Part shown: in pieces, positions 25,941-38,670 of the stretch
How the letters are laid out: every line of letters starts with the position of its first letter
Numbering within the stretch: the stretch's first letter is position 1
Source: Azolla caroliniana
Taxonomy: Eukaryota > Plantae > Polypodiophyta
DNA length: 64,000 nt
Direction of reading: 5' to 3'
Assembly: GCA_043228905.1 (NCBI GenBank)
Contig: JBHGNT010000015.1
Coordinates: forward strand, 7,316,001-7,380,000
The notes under the pieces: generated by a model
Database searches by the model: none
Told to the model about the DNA's origin: nothing
The model's input: the letters and a program-made list of their open reading frames with translations, nothing else
Position numbers and translations under genes: made by a program

Positions 25941-27737
25941 TGTCGTGAAGATTTTCAGCAATGGCGTGAAAATTGCGAGGAATGTCCAAAATCAAGTGTG
26001 GTTCTTCACACAAGACATGAAACAATGATAGTGAAGATACTATTTTAGATTAGCTTAATGACTTGGTACGGGAAGATGGATCTCTTCAAGAGCTTCCGAA
26101 TCCATTTTACTACATTTGCAATGGACAAATTAGTGTCAAGTTATGTGAGTGAAGTTTGAGAAGAAGAAGAGAAAAACAAAAACTGTGAGAGATCCCACAT
26201 AGATATGACAAATCAGGATCCCACAGTATATAAACAGAGCCAGAACTTATTACTTTTTGTCTATAAGTGGAGCACAGAATGTTCTTTGGCTAAACTGTGG
26301 CTTAACTACTTGTAATGGTTTTGGCGGAACCGGACGACGACGGAGCCGAAATCGAAACGGACGGACAGTGACGAAACCGACACCGGCACCAGATGACAAC
26401 GGAACCGGAACCGGAAAGGAATAGACCAGATCATCGCGTCGGAAGCGAACCGGATAGATGGATCGATCAGATAGGTTGATTCATGCTCGACGTGGAGGAT
26501 TCATGTTGATCACCATTGCCGAAATCTCACATTCTCTCTTCTTGGCATGTAATAGAGGACATGCGGTTTGGTGGGGATGGATGTCATGAAGATTTTCGGC
26601 AATGGTGTGAAAATTGCGAGGAATGTCCAAAATCGAGTGTGGTTCTTCACACAAGACATGAAACAATGATAGTGAAGATACTATTTTAGATTAGCTTAAT
26701 ATCTTGGTACGAGAAGATGGATCTCTTCAAGAGCTTCCGAATCCATTTTACTACATGTGAAATGGACAACTTCAGATAGTTATGTGAGTGTGAAGTTTGA
26801 GAAGAAGAAGAGAAAAACAAAAACTGTGAGAGATCCCACATAGATAGGACAAATCAAGATCCCACAGTATATAAGCAGAGCCAGAACTTATTACTTTCTA
26901 TCAATGAGTGGATCACAAAATGTCCTTAGGCTAAACTGTGGTTGAACTACTCGTAATGGTTTTGGCGGAACCGGACGGCAACAGAGCTAGAACCGGAATC
27001 GGAACGGACGGACGGTGATGGAACTGACACCGACAACGGAACCCGAATCGGAACGAATGGACGGCGACAGAACCGAAACTGACATCGGAACCGGAACCAG
27101 AACGGATAGACCAAATCACCGGGTCGGAAGCAGATTGGATAGACGGATCGATCAGATAGGTTGATCGCGACGATTTCAGTGTGAAACGAACAACATCATC
27201 TAGACTTAAAAACCTATTAGAAATTTGTAATCAAAGGGATGCAAGAAAGGCTTGAACCTTGCACCTCCAAGATAGGAGGCAATGAACTTACAACTAAGCC
27301 AAGTCATGTCTTTAAAAATGTTTTTACTATCATTATACTTTCACATGTAAACTTTCATGTTAGAGCTCGATTAAGTGACATGGTTATCATGCATCACATG
27401 TAATACGTGAGCGCCAAGTGACAAACATGCATCTCATGCATGTCTTGCACCCTCACAAGCATCATATGCATGGGGGCATCTATAAAAGAGTGGATGGAGA
27501 GGAAAAACGGGTTGGGGATTAATCAATCAAGCTTTGTACTTTATATCAAAATTAATATTAAGAAGAAAATTTGTTATCCTTTTGATGATATATCTTGTTC
27601 TTCAAATCTAAAGTCAAGCGTTCAATCTTACTCTCTCTCTCTCCATTTCAATCTTTCTCAATCTATTTCAAAATTGGAATCTTAATCTCAATCTCTCTCT
27701 CTCAATCTATCTTAAATCCTTTCTCGCTAAAGCTAGT
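25941..27737 (+). mobile_element. Internally deleted family S element S4 (truncated LTR, short 3' UTR plus PPT, second LTR) in B0 gag
   Basis: Two direct copies starting TGTCRTGAAGATTTTC at 25941 and 26582. PPT GGTTTGGTGGGGATGGA precedes the second copy, as in S5. The right end is eroded and its coordinate approximate. Confidence 0.7.
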
Positions 27738-29700
27738 GCGTACTTCGAGTCCTTCCGGTCCAGAAGCCCGGTGGTTCCGCCTCACGATCCGCACATAGTG
27801 ACGGATCTAGATTTGTCTGAATCGGTGTGCTTCTTCCAGCACTCACTATCTCAATGGCCTTTCTTGCCACAGTACCAGCATTCTATATCGGTTCTTGATT
27901 GCCGGTTCCCGGCGACACCTTGTCTGCCCCTGCTTGTGGAGCGTCTGGAACTGTTATCGACACTATCACTATGCCTCTGATTATGCTCTTATTGGTTGCC
28001 TTTGTTGTGTGATCTACCTCCATATACAACATCTAGTTGTCTAGTTGAGTGGTCCTTGACCTTCTCGCGTGGCTTTCTTCGACCATCAGCATCGATTGCA
28101 AGTCGAAGAAGGACGGTGGCATCTCCCGGATACAAATTGTCGTCTAGATAGGCTCGTACCTTTGTGTTAAACCACCGAGGCAGATATGTACCATCTTGTC
28201 TTCATCCACCATCACATTGATGGACCCCATGGCATCGCAGATCTCCTTTATTTTGGTGGTATAGTTGGTAATCGATGTATCCCGTTGTCTGATGTTATTG
28301 AGATCTTGTCGGAGCTTGAACTTCCGGGTCATGGTGCTTGCCGCGAAAATCTTCATTAGATTTTCCCAGGCTTCTTTCTTTCGGTGCTTTTGCATCCTTG
28401 ATGTAGCCAAGCATCTGATCATGCACACAGGATGTGAGGTAGTATAATACTTTGCTCGCTCCTTGCTCCCATGCTAGGAAGTCCTTGTGTGCCTAGTCCG
28501 ATGCTACTTCATTCGTTCCCTCGACATAGCTCAAGTATTCGTGTCCGAGCAAGTACTGGTGCATCTTGTATGACCATGATGTGTAGTTATATCTATCAAA
28601 CTTCTCCATTGGTAACGAGCTAGCTATGCCTCTGTCCATTCTTTCTTCAGTTTGTTCTTTTCCGAAAGTTAGGTTGTTCTTGGCTACTTAGTGGTTTCTA
28701 TCGGCGGTAGAGGATTTTCAACCCTCACGCTCTGATACCATGTAAACAGTTACGTGTGGAAGCTCATTAATGGGAATGGGCAAGCATGTAGACAAGTAGA
28801 ATCGAAGATGCATGTTTAATCTCAACAAGGATATACAAGAAAAATGGAGAAAGACAATTACATTGTTAGAGCACAAGAATGAGACTATTATTATTCAAAT
28901 CGCGCCGAACTGTATATTTATACTTAGAGTAACTAAACCCTAACACAACCCTCATCAATTGGTTTCCATCCGATCCAGCTCTGGTCTTCTTTAGCCGATC
29001 CGGGCCTAAAATGAGCTTGTTCGCTCAACACTCCCCCTCAAGCTCAACTTGAGGTTCTCCGTTAGCTCTAACTAGTCCATCGCTCTAGCTTCTCCTGGCT
29101 TCATGCCTCCTAGCTCGTGCTCCTCGACCTATTCGGTCCGGCACTCCTCGACCTGTTTGGTCAGATTGTCTATTGCTACTTCGATGCCCCTCGATCCGTC
29201 GGCTCTCCAGCCTTGGCATCATCTTCGGTTTCCTTCTCATCTGGCCTTTCTGCAATTCGGCTCATCAGAATTATACCACTTGATCGATCCGAATGTCTCC
29301 GATTCATTCACTTTTTGGCCCTTGACCACATCGGCCCATGTCTTGGTCCTAGCCTTCTTCTTTCATATGGCTCCGCCCTTCATGGCTCTACCACCTACCT
29401 TGCCTTTCTTGGCTCTACTTCCCCCTTGCCCTGGCTCGGGCTTTTTCTTTTTGCCACTCCCCTATCATCTGTCCTCAGCTTCTTTAACCATCCCGAAATC
29501 AAATTCCTCATCTGATTCGTCTGTCCGGACTTTAGCTCTCTCCCTCTCAATGTTGTTTTCCTGACTTCTCCTCGTCAAGTTCGGCATGTCAAGGTGTTGT
29601 ATGTCAATCATGCTCGAAAAATGCCGCAACTTGTCTAGGACAAGAGGTTTGGTGAAGATATTGGCGACTTGCCGATTTATCGGAACATACACAAGTTAGA

Positions 29701-32537
29701 GTTTGTTACCGGTTAGGAACACGGCCTACCCTCGGTCCTTCGGGTAGGTTCAAGGTGATCGTGGTACAGAGAATGGATTCGTGTACTATGTGTAGCTATA
29801 ACGTATCATAAGGATAGAGAATCACTTACTGTCCATGAAGGCATATCGTGACTGGAGACGGCTACAACCGAGCTCCTTCCTACCGTGTGTATACGAACAC
29901 AAACGCGCTCTTTTCCCACTAGTCCGCTTCCGGCAAACAACATCTGGCACGCCTCTTTACTCGTCGTCCAAAATATTGAGGATATTTGGCTCCAGGCGCT
30001 CGTCGTTGCTTTTCATAACCGGTGGCACCGTAATGTGGCTGGGCTCGTCACTTTGTGGCTCGACCGGCGTTTCCTCTCATAACGTCTTTGTGGGCGGCTC
30101 CGGTTGTATCTTGTGGTCCGGGCATGTGTTCAGTCGTGGTTCTTCTTGGACCACTTCTTCCGCCCTTTGATGTTCGCTTCCGATGTCACACAGCTGGCGG
30201 AATGCTTCTTCTTGACTCTCACCGAAGTCTTCTAATAGTTGTGCCATTTCTTCGGTGTGACAGTTGGCCAAAGTCTGGTAATCCTGCGTAAGGTCTTCAT
30301 GTATCGTAGCGATGCTTTCTTCACTTAGTTTATAAAAACCTTTCCCTTTCTTATGCCGATTTTCCCAGTCCTCTCTGTATGAGTGGAGTTCCGCTGCCTA
30401 CGTCGCCCATTCGGCCCATCCTTTGTCTAATGCGGCTTGTAAATGGGCCGTAAACCATTCCTTCTTTGTTTGGAGGAGGGAGCGTATACGATCCATGCTC
30501 CAGTTCGTGTGGGTCTGTAAGTCCTCCAGAGCCTTTTTGAAGTTCTCAATTTTCCTCTTGTTGGCCACCACCGCTTCTTCATAATGTGTCTTCATTTGGG
30601 CCCATATTTTCAACTCCTTGTCATGGAGCTCCTCCAGTCGGCCCATCTTGTTGTTGAGGCGAATTTCGACATCATGCCTGAGTTGGTGCTCATTCTCGAT
30701 CTGTTCATCATACCATTCTCGCTTTTTCAAGGCCGTTTCGCGTAATGTCATAATGGTGGTTTCCTTCTTGTTTCCTTCTTCATGAAGCTTGTCCCTCTTT
30801 TCCTTTGTTCGGACATGTGTTGCTATTTCGGCGTCGAGCTTGTCCTGAATCGTCTTGACCCCCTTGTGCCCTTTTGTTCGGATGTTCACCTCTCTGTCTG
30901 AAGACTGGCGGAGTTTTGATCTAAGGCAGTCAATTTCTGATTCGGCTAGCTTCGTAGCCCTTTTAGCTTTCACCGCTTGAGCCTCTACCTCCTGCAAGGT
31001 TTGTACTTCGGTGGCCTGGGGGATAGGAGTCAGCTCTTGTTGCACCGTGCGTGCGATGTTCTCCAACTGTGTGATGTGCTCCTGTTTCACTAGTTTCCAA
31101 ACGTTCTTGTTTTTAATCGCCATATCTTTGGCACCCAAGGGGACCTTCGCTAATTCCCTATGGACCTCTACTAAGGCCTTGTTAAGTGAAGGGAATTCGA
31201 TTCCTACGAGGGGAACGCCCGCATTGCGCTTCCTTCCTATCCGTGCAAGGGGACCTTCGTCTTCGCTTTCCGTCGTTTGGGTCAGTGCACACTCAATCAT
31301 TTGTTGTTCGGCGTGCTCTTCTGCCATTCGCTGGAAACTTTTATCTATGGAGCCTTAAAAGAACGCATGTAACAAATCACGTAGGAAGCGTAACCGACTA
31401 TGCTCGATGTATATAAAGGGCATAGGAACATTGAACAAGCTAGCGCAGGGCATAGGATGGGTCTGACGTGCCAAGGCATTGTCCCGCAGGCGTGCCAGGT
31501 GTTGTCTGCCGGAAGCGGACAAGTGGGAAAAGAGTAAAGAAAAGAACAAGAAGTGTATTATTATAGTAGGAGCGTTAAAAGAACGCATGAAGCGTAACCG
31601 ACTATGCCCAGTGTATATATAGGGCATAGGAACATTGTACCAGCTAGCGCAGTTTTGATCATATGTTCTCTAATATAGTTAATGTCTTCTCTGATCTTTG
31701 TCTCTGTGTCGATACATAGCATAATTGTCTGAAGGTTAGTAGTGTGTTTTTCTGTCTTCCGCATGAAAGACCTGGTTTGTAGTTGAGTCGGTTCTCAGTT
31801 GCGTCGACAATTAGACATCCATTCCCTGTTGCTCGGTTGTGAGGATTCACAGATCACCAGGCGTGCCAAAAGTGTTACCAATTAGGAACACGGCCTACCC
31901 TCGGTCCTTCGGGGTAGGTTCAAGGTGATCGTGGTATAGAGAATGGATTCGTGTACTATGCGTAGCTATAACGTATCATAAGGATAGAACGTCACTTACT
32001 GTCCGTGAACGCAGATCGTGACTTGAGATGGCTACAACCGAGCTCCTTCCTATCGTGCGTATATGAACACAAACACGCTACTAACCTTTAGAAAATTACG
32101 CTATGTATCGACACAAAGACAAAGATCAGAGAAGACATTAACTATATTAGAGAACATATGATCAAAACTGCGCTAGCTGGTACAATGTTCCTATGCCCTA
32201 TATATACACTGGGCATAGTCGGTTACGCTTCATGCGTTCTTTTAACGCTCCTACTATAATAATACACTTCTGGTTCTTTTCTTTACTCTTTTCCCACTTG
32301 TCCGCTTCCGGCAGACAACACCTGGCACACCTGCGGGACAATGCCTTGGCACGTCAGACCCATCCTATGCCCTGCGCTAGCTTGTTCAATGTTCCTATGC
32401 CCTTTATATACATCGAGCATAGTCAGTTACGCTTCCTACGTGATCTGTTACATGCGTTCGTTTAAGGCTCCTACTATAATAATACGCTTCTTGTTCTTTT
32501 CTTTACTCTTTTCCCAGTAGTCCGCTTCCAGCGGACA
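29701..32537 (-). mobile_element. Rearranged Gypsy family G insertion G5 (deleted LTR, extra ORF, inverted LTR segment, full LTR 31873-32320)
   Basis: The host RNase H sequence rejoins with TTAGA duplicated (29696-29700 / 32538-32542). Extra ORF 29957-31327 has one in-frame stop. Confidence 0.8.
31349..32471. repeat. Inverted repeat with arms of about 400 bp (31349-31749 / 32071-32471) and a spacer of about 320 bp
   Basis: Near-identical ORFs at 31355-31627(-) and 32193-32465(+). Arms read as reverse complements by eye. Confidence 0.9.
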
Positions 32538-33908
32538 TTAGACTTCACAGGAGAGAACTCACCCGCAGACAAAATGATACTGCACCTCAATGTGCTTCGT
32601 CCGAGCATGGACAATGGGGTTCTTGGCTAGTTGGATTTTGCTGAGATTGTCGCATTATATCATTGTTGGTTCAGACACCTCCACATGCAAATCCTTCAAG
32701 AGCCTCTTAAGTCTTTGCATGTAACGACAACCGCTCCTCGGATTCGGCCTCTGTGTTAGACAGTGCAACTATCGGTTACTTCTTACTACTCTAAGCAATC
32801 GTGGCGCTTCCCAATAAAAACATAAATCCATATGTGGACCTATGATCATTGGCGTTTCTGGCCCAATCGGCATGCATGTAACCGACTAGTTGTTCGACTA
32901 CACCTGCCCGATATAGCAACGCCCTGTTTTTCGTGCCACTCGCATATCACAAGATTCGATGAGCACACTGAAGGTGGTCAGTCGTCGACTATGACATAAA
33001 TTGACTAATTAGACTGACTAGATAGCTGAGGTTTGGCCGAGTCATGGTCAAATATATAAGGCTTCCAACAATCTATCAGAATTGTGTTGGATTGCACGTC
33101 ATTCCCGATTCGAGGCGATGCTTCACATTTCTGTCCAGAGGAGTTGTGACGGATTTACAATCCGTCATCCCGAACTTGAAGAGCATACTCAACACATAAT
33201 GTCATTGGCTAATCAGTATGCCTTTTGGTGCGGATCACTTCGATCACGAGGAAGTAGAGAGGTCCCTCAGATCCTTCATCTCAAACGATGCCACTAGCAG
33301 AGACTTCACACAGCAAATCTCGTCTGAGTCAGTGCCGACAATGACTAAATTATCAATATAAAGCAAAATGCTTACCGGCCCATTCCAACCCAACCAAATG
33401 AATAGTGAAAAATCTTATTTCGACGTAGTAAACCCCATCCGACGCACTCACTGTGTGATCTTTGCATTCCAAGTACGTGGGGGTTGCTTTAGTCCGACGT
33501 GTTCAATCTAGACTAAAATACGGAAGGTTGCACCATATACACTTGTTCCTCAAGCTCTCCTTGCAGGAATGTGTTCTTCACCTCCATATAATGTAAGTGT
33601 CATCCTTTTGTGGCTGCTACCGCCAACAACATCCGAACGGTTCTCATTTTGTCAACTGGCACAAACGTTTCGTCGTAGTCGATGCCGTGTTGTTGGGCAT
33701 AGCCTTTGGCCACCAGTCGGGCCTTGTACCGGTTGACGAAGCCATCAGCGTTGTACTTGACTTCATACACCCACTTGCACCTAATCAGCTTCACACCATT
33801 AAGGACGTCAACCAGGTCCCATGTTTTGTTTTCTTCCACTGCGTGCATCTCTTCCTCCATAGCGGCACACCATTTTGCATCCTTCGCCGCCTCTATATAG
33901 CTCCCCGG

Positions 33909-34676
33909 TGTCGTGAAGGATTTGCTTCACGATATAAAAATAAACTTAAATATTGTATTAAATAACATTTGAGAGACTTGAACCCGTAACCTCACACACC
34001 AAGGACTAAGCATATACCATTAGGATAAGTTATTTTCTATATTTATATTTTTATCACCATATATATGACTTGTGTATCTTCATACATTAGAGCTTAGATG
34101 AGCATGATGGCTATCATGCATCACATGTAAAGCATGTGCGCCAAATGGCGATCATGCATCACATGCATCACATGCATTACATGCATGCCATGCACCCCCA
34201 TATCATCATATGCATGAGAGAACCTATAAAGAGAGGCAAGGAATTAAGGGATGAATCAAGGGAAATCAGGGTAATCAATCAATGAAAAGAAAGTTAGAGA
34301 AATAAGATAATCAAAGAAACAAATAATAAGTTAGCTTGTTGGTGAAGAGGCTCGTGTTTCCAAGTTGGAGTCAAGGGTTCAAATCCAGAGTTTGGCTAAG
34401 GAAGATTGCACCTTGCAATGAAGCATTGTACAGTATGTAAAATCTTGTGTTCTTAATATAAAGTTTGTTCTTATCATACCATTTCAATTCTTCAATCATA
34501 CATTGTCTCTACCTTTTTATCTATACTCGTCTCTCTGTCACGATTACTTTTAACTCTTCTTCTTCCTATCCTTAATCTTCCTAACATCGATGCACAAAGC
34601 CTTATAAAATACATAACCGACTCCCTTTAACCTTAGTCCCTACGACTTTGCCGCACGAACCACAACCACCCCGACA
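33909..34676 (+). mobile_element. Solo LTR S3 (family S)
   Basis: TGTCGTGAAGGATTTGC...CCCCGACA; 4-bp TSD CCGG/CCGA; homologous to S2. Confidence 0.9.
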
Positions 34677-36930
34677 CCGACTCACGCACTTCCGCCATCT
34701 TCGCCACATACACATAGTGATGTGCCATATATTCATTGTACCCATATCGGACTATAGGGTTCTTCTAGCAGCTGGATTGGTGCAACCTCTGGTTCACGGA
34801 TTTCAAGGCCCTCTTGGCTGACTCCGACCTGATCTCCGGAGGTCCATCTTCACTCTTGGCCATGTCAGATTCACTCTGGTCTAATGTCCCAACCGTTGTG
34901 CCATAGTGCAACATCTTCATCTTCCCCTTCTCCTTCCACAGAAGCCGTCTCTTTGGCTTCTTACGCGGGCGGGGACTACACGGCCAAGTCTCCATTGCTC
35001 ATCGGCTCATCATCTGTGCAATCATTCCGACTCAATCTCTCATCAGCCCACTCAACCAAAATGAGATCAGACTCTCCTCATGAGTTCCGATTTAATCTTC
35101 CTCACTAGCCTCATCTCCAGCAATCAGCTCAGAGTCTTCGGGAGTCGGAGGTGGAAGGGAGTACTAAGATGCAGATTTGTCAAAGACGACATCGTGGCTC
35201 ACCCACACTTGCTTTCTCTGGGAATTATAGCACTTGTACCCCTTATGTTCGTGCGAGTAGCCCACCAAGATACACTTCTCGGCCTTGGCATCCAACTTCT
35301 TCCATCTCTTGTCCGATATAGCACATATGCAATGCTACCGAATACCCTGAGGTGTACAAAATTCGGCTTCCACCTAAAATAGAGGCGACACCTTTGCTCC
35401 GGAGGTAGATATCTAATTCTATATATAGACGGTTTTCTAGATCGTTTTGGCCCAATGGAGTTTGGCCATACTCTTCTCCTCTATCATAGCCCTGGCCACT
35501 TCTACTAGCATCCAGTTCCGTCTCTCAACCACGCAGTTCTGCTCCGGCATGTATCTATAGGAGAACTCTCTCCAAATTCCCTTTTGCTACAGATAACTGG
35601 CAAACTAGCCGGAAAAGTACTCTTTCCCTCCATCCGATCTCATGCACTTGATTTTCCTCTCTATTTCCCTTTCAACTAAACTTTTTAGGTCCCGGAAATA
35701 GGAGAAGCCTTCACTCTTCTTGTCAATGAGGTACACCCAAGTGTGTCGGCTGGCCATCGATGAAGGAGACGAAATATCGAGTCCTGCCCATGCTCACACA
35801 ACTTACAGGTCCCCATACATCCGTGTGGATTAGATCGAGCCGATTCTGACTCCGATTCTTCTCATTTGGGAACGAATGCCTATATTGCTTCCTGAGCTGG
35901 CAACCTTCACATAGTTGGCCTTTTCGGTTGCTAAACCTCGGCAATCAGAATACCACTTGTTTCGACTGTAGTTCTTGAAGCTTCAGAAAATTGATGTGAC
36001 TTATCCACTTGTGCCGCAGGTCGATGTCCGATTCGACCTTCTATCCTTTTGCAAACATTGTGGCACCAACATCATTGGTCTCGAGCATAAACATCCTCCC
36101 GCCTCTACACCCACGCGCAATCAGCCAACCCTCGTCCTCGATGAAGCAATTGAGGTGATTAAATCGTACCTACATGCCTTGATCGACGATTTTTCCGACA
36201 AATACTAGGTTTTTTGCAATTTTTGGAACATGCAGTATGTTCCGCATCACCCCCTTTTGTCCGACATGGTTGACTGGTACATCACCTACGTGCTCGATGG
36301 GGTGCATGGTGTTGTCGCCTATTTCAACAACTCCCAATTGCTCCAGCTTCTAAAGGGAGGAGAACCATTCTGTATGGCTCATCATGTGGTTCGATGGTCC
36401 GGAATCCACATACCACACCTCTTCTGGCTTAGAAGTGTGTGATTCTCCTTGTGCTTCATCACAAGAGTTGGGCCCGTTCCAGCTAGCCTTGAGCCTCCGA
36501 TGAAGTGTGATTTGTGAGGCCTATTTGCATCTCTACGGCTCGATCTAGATTGGTCTGAATTGGCACGCTTCTTCCAACACTTGTTTTCTTTGTGGCCCTT
36601 CCATCCAGAGTACCAGTAGTCTATAGTATAGTGGCCTTTCATTACCGGTTTTCAGCACCGCCTTGACTTCCCCTGCTCGTGCAGTTGTCAGCATTCCTAT
36701 TATGCCTATGGTTCTGCTCCTATCGGTCGCCTCCATTGTGTACCAACCCAACTCGTCCATCACGTCCATAGGGCTGATCCGCCTCCGTGTACAACATCTT
36801 GTTGTCGACGTGCGTGTTCGTCACTGCACCCATGTGGTTTTCTTCAACGAGCAAATTTGATTATAGGTCAAAGAACAACGGCGTATTCTCTCTCGTGTAG
36901 ACCGTTGTTCAAAATGATCCTAACTTAGAT

Positions 36931-37863
36931 ACCACTTGACGGGAACTGGTCGTTCCTTATGCGCAACGCTCGGCCACAACCAAGCTTAGAATGATACACA
37001 GAAAACGGGAAATAAGACGCGACTCAAAGAGGAGGAAAAATTACACAAGAGGTTTACGTGGAAAACCCCAAACTAGGGGAAAAACCACGGCAGCCCACAG
37101 GCTGCAAACTGTCACTATGCAAGAATGTACAAAACAGTGAGTTCACGGAGGCAACGACCTCGGACTCACGATCTTCGCCACAGGCGGCGGTTACAACAGA
37201 GGCAGTGACCTCTTTCTCTCTCTCTCTCTCTGTACAACGTTACGTACTCTCTCTTCTTCTTGCACCAACAAGAAAATGACAACACAATATTAGTTTGCCC
37301 TAAGTCATATTTATACTAATATGACTTTTCGGCTATTTACAAATATAGCCACGATGGGCTCTCAAAAACATATTTACGAATATGTCTCTTCCTCCGGTTC
37401 GTACCGGGCCTTCACCATCCGACTCTCCGTAGCCGGGTACTCCTCATCCGGTTCATACCGGGCCTGCACCATCCGGCTCTCCGTAGCCGAGTACTCCTCA
37501 TCCGGTTCACACCGGGTCTGCACCATCCGGCTCTCCGTAGCCGGGTACTCCTCATCTGGTTCGTACCGGGCCTGCACCATCCGGCTCTCCGTAGCCGGGT
37601 ACTCCTCATCCGGTTCACACCGGGTCTGCACCATCCGGCTCTCCGTAGCCAGGTACTCCTCATCCAGTTCGTACCGAGCCTGCACCATCCGGCTCTCTGT
37701 AGCCAGGTACTCCTCATCCAGTTCACACCGGGTCTGCACCATCCGGCTCTCCGTAGCCGGGTCCTCCTCATACGGTTTCGGCCGAGGCCTATCGGCCTCA
37801 GCCGAGTTTGTTCATTGGCACTGCTCTTCTCCCTTCCCATCCGGAGGGACCTGTCTCCCAACA
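36931..37863 (-). mobile_element. Isolated family A 5' LTR (36937-37863) with a PBS remnant (A2)
   Basis: TGACGGGAAC...CCCAACA with 7 x 54-bp repeats. GATACCA-CT lies immediately to the left. No matching TSD. Confidence 0.9.
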
Positions 37864-38017
37864 GCTAGCCCTCCAAGTCTTACATGCACCATTTCGTCCC
37901 TCTTCAGGTTCGTCCAAGCATCTTTAGGCATCTTGGCATCTCAGATGTAGATGAGTAGTTGATCTCTGACACTGGACACGAAGTAGTACATTACTCTGCT
38001 TGTCGCCTACTCCCAGG

Positions 38018-38670
38018 TAGTAATGGGCCCGGTTTCGGCTCAAACCGAACCGAACCGTTAAACCGTGGCTTAACGGTTTATAGGTTCGAAGATAAATAAA
38101 TAGTTTGGTTTGGTTTCAAATGGTACTAATCGGTTCAGTTCGATTTTGAATTTCATGGTTTATTGTTTTATTGGTTTCGGTTTATGTGGTTCAGTTTATA
38201 GGTTAAAAAATACTCTTGAATTTTCCCTATAGGCTCTAACTTTCAACTTTTAATTTTAAATCCTAGTTTTAATTTATTAAATTTTATATGCATTATATAT
38301 AGAGTCTCGTTTTTAATTTATGATGATCAAATATCATAAGTATAATGATCAAATTTATGATAAGTACGATGACCAAATTTATGATAAGTATGATGACCAA
38401 ATTTATGATAAGTATGATGACCAAATTTATGATGATTTTTTCACACAAATTTATAATAAGTATGATGATCAATATCAATAAAAAATGGTTTGGTTTGGTT
38501 TGGTTTAGTTCTAAATTTTCCATAAACGGTTTGGTTTCTCCAAATTTTTAAACGGTTTGGTTTAAATGGTTTCATAAATTTTAAACAGTTTGGTTTGGCT
38601 TTTATTATAAATAAATTGTTTGGTTTGGTTTCAAGGCAAAGAAACTGAAACCGAGTCGGGCCCATCGCTA
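38018..38670. mobile_element. Non-autonomous hAT-type DNA transposon (MITE)
   Basis: Perfect 8-bp TSD CTCCCAGG. TIRs TAGTAATGGGCCCG / CGGGCCCATCGCTA. Subterminal AAACCG/GGTTT repeats; AT-rich core with a 24-bp tandem repeat at about 38340-38465. Confidence 0.9.

Larger units (their letters stand above)
2851..29030 (-). mobile_element. Degenerate Copia family B element B0, outer host of the nest; own sequence 2851-2912, 24872-25940 and about 27738-29030
   Basis: The integrase frame FYSAKAVRTA|VYIQNRIREKVLAHKLYF rejoins across 24872/2912. gag remnants lie at 27740-28640, the iMet PBS (rc TGGTATCAGAGC) at 28729-28740, and the LTR at 28741-29030. Confidence 0.85.

Noticed and set aside
30398-31327. 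Captured host coiled-coil gene (myosin- or SMC-like)
   Set aside because: Homologous to the 3' extra ORF found at the same position in other family G elements.
37394-37771. CRISPR-like regular repeats
   Set aside because: Head-to-tail 54-bp units with no unique spacers, inside a Copia LTR, with no cas genes.
38293-38551. Ile/Met-rich short ORFs
   Set aside because: Translations of the 24-bp AT-rich repeat inside the hAT MITE.
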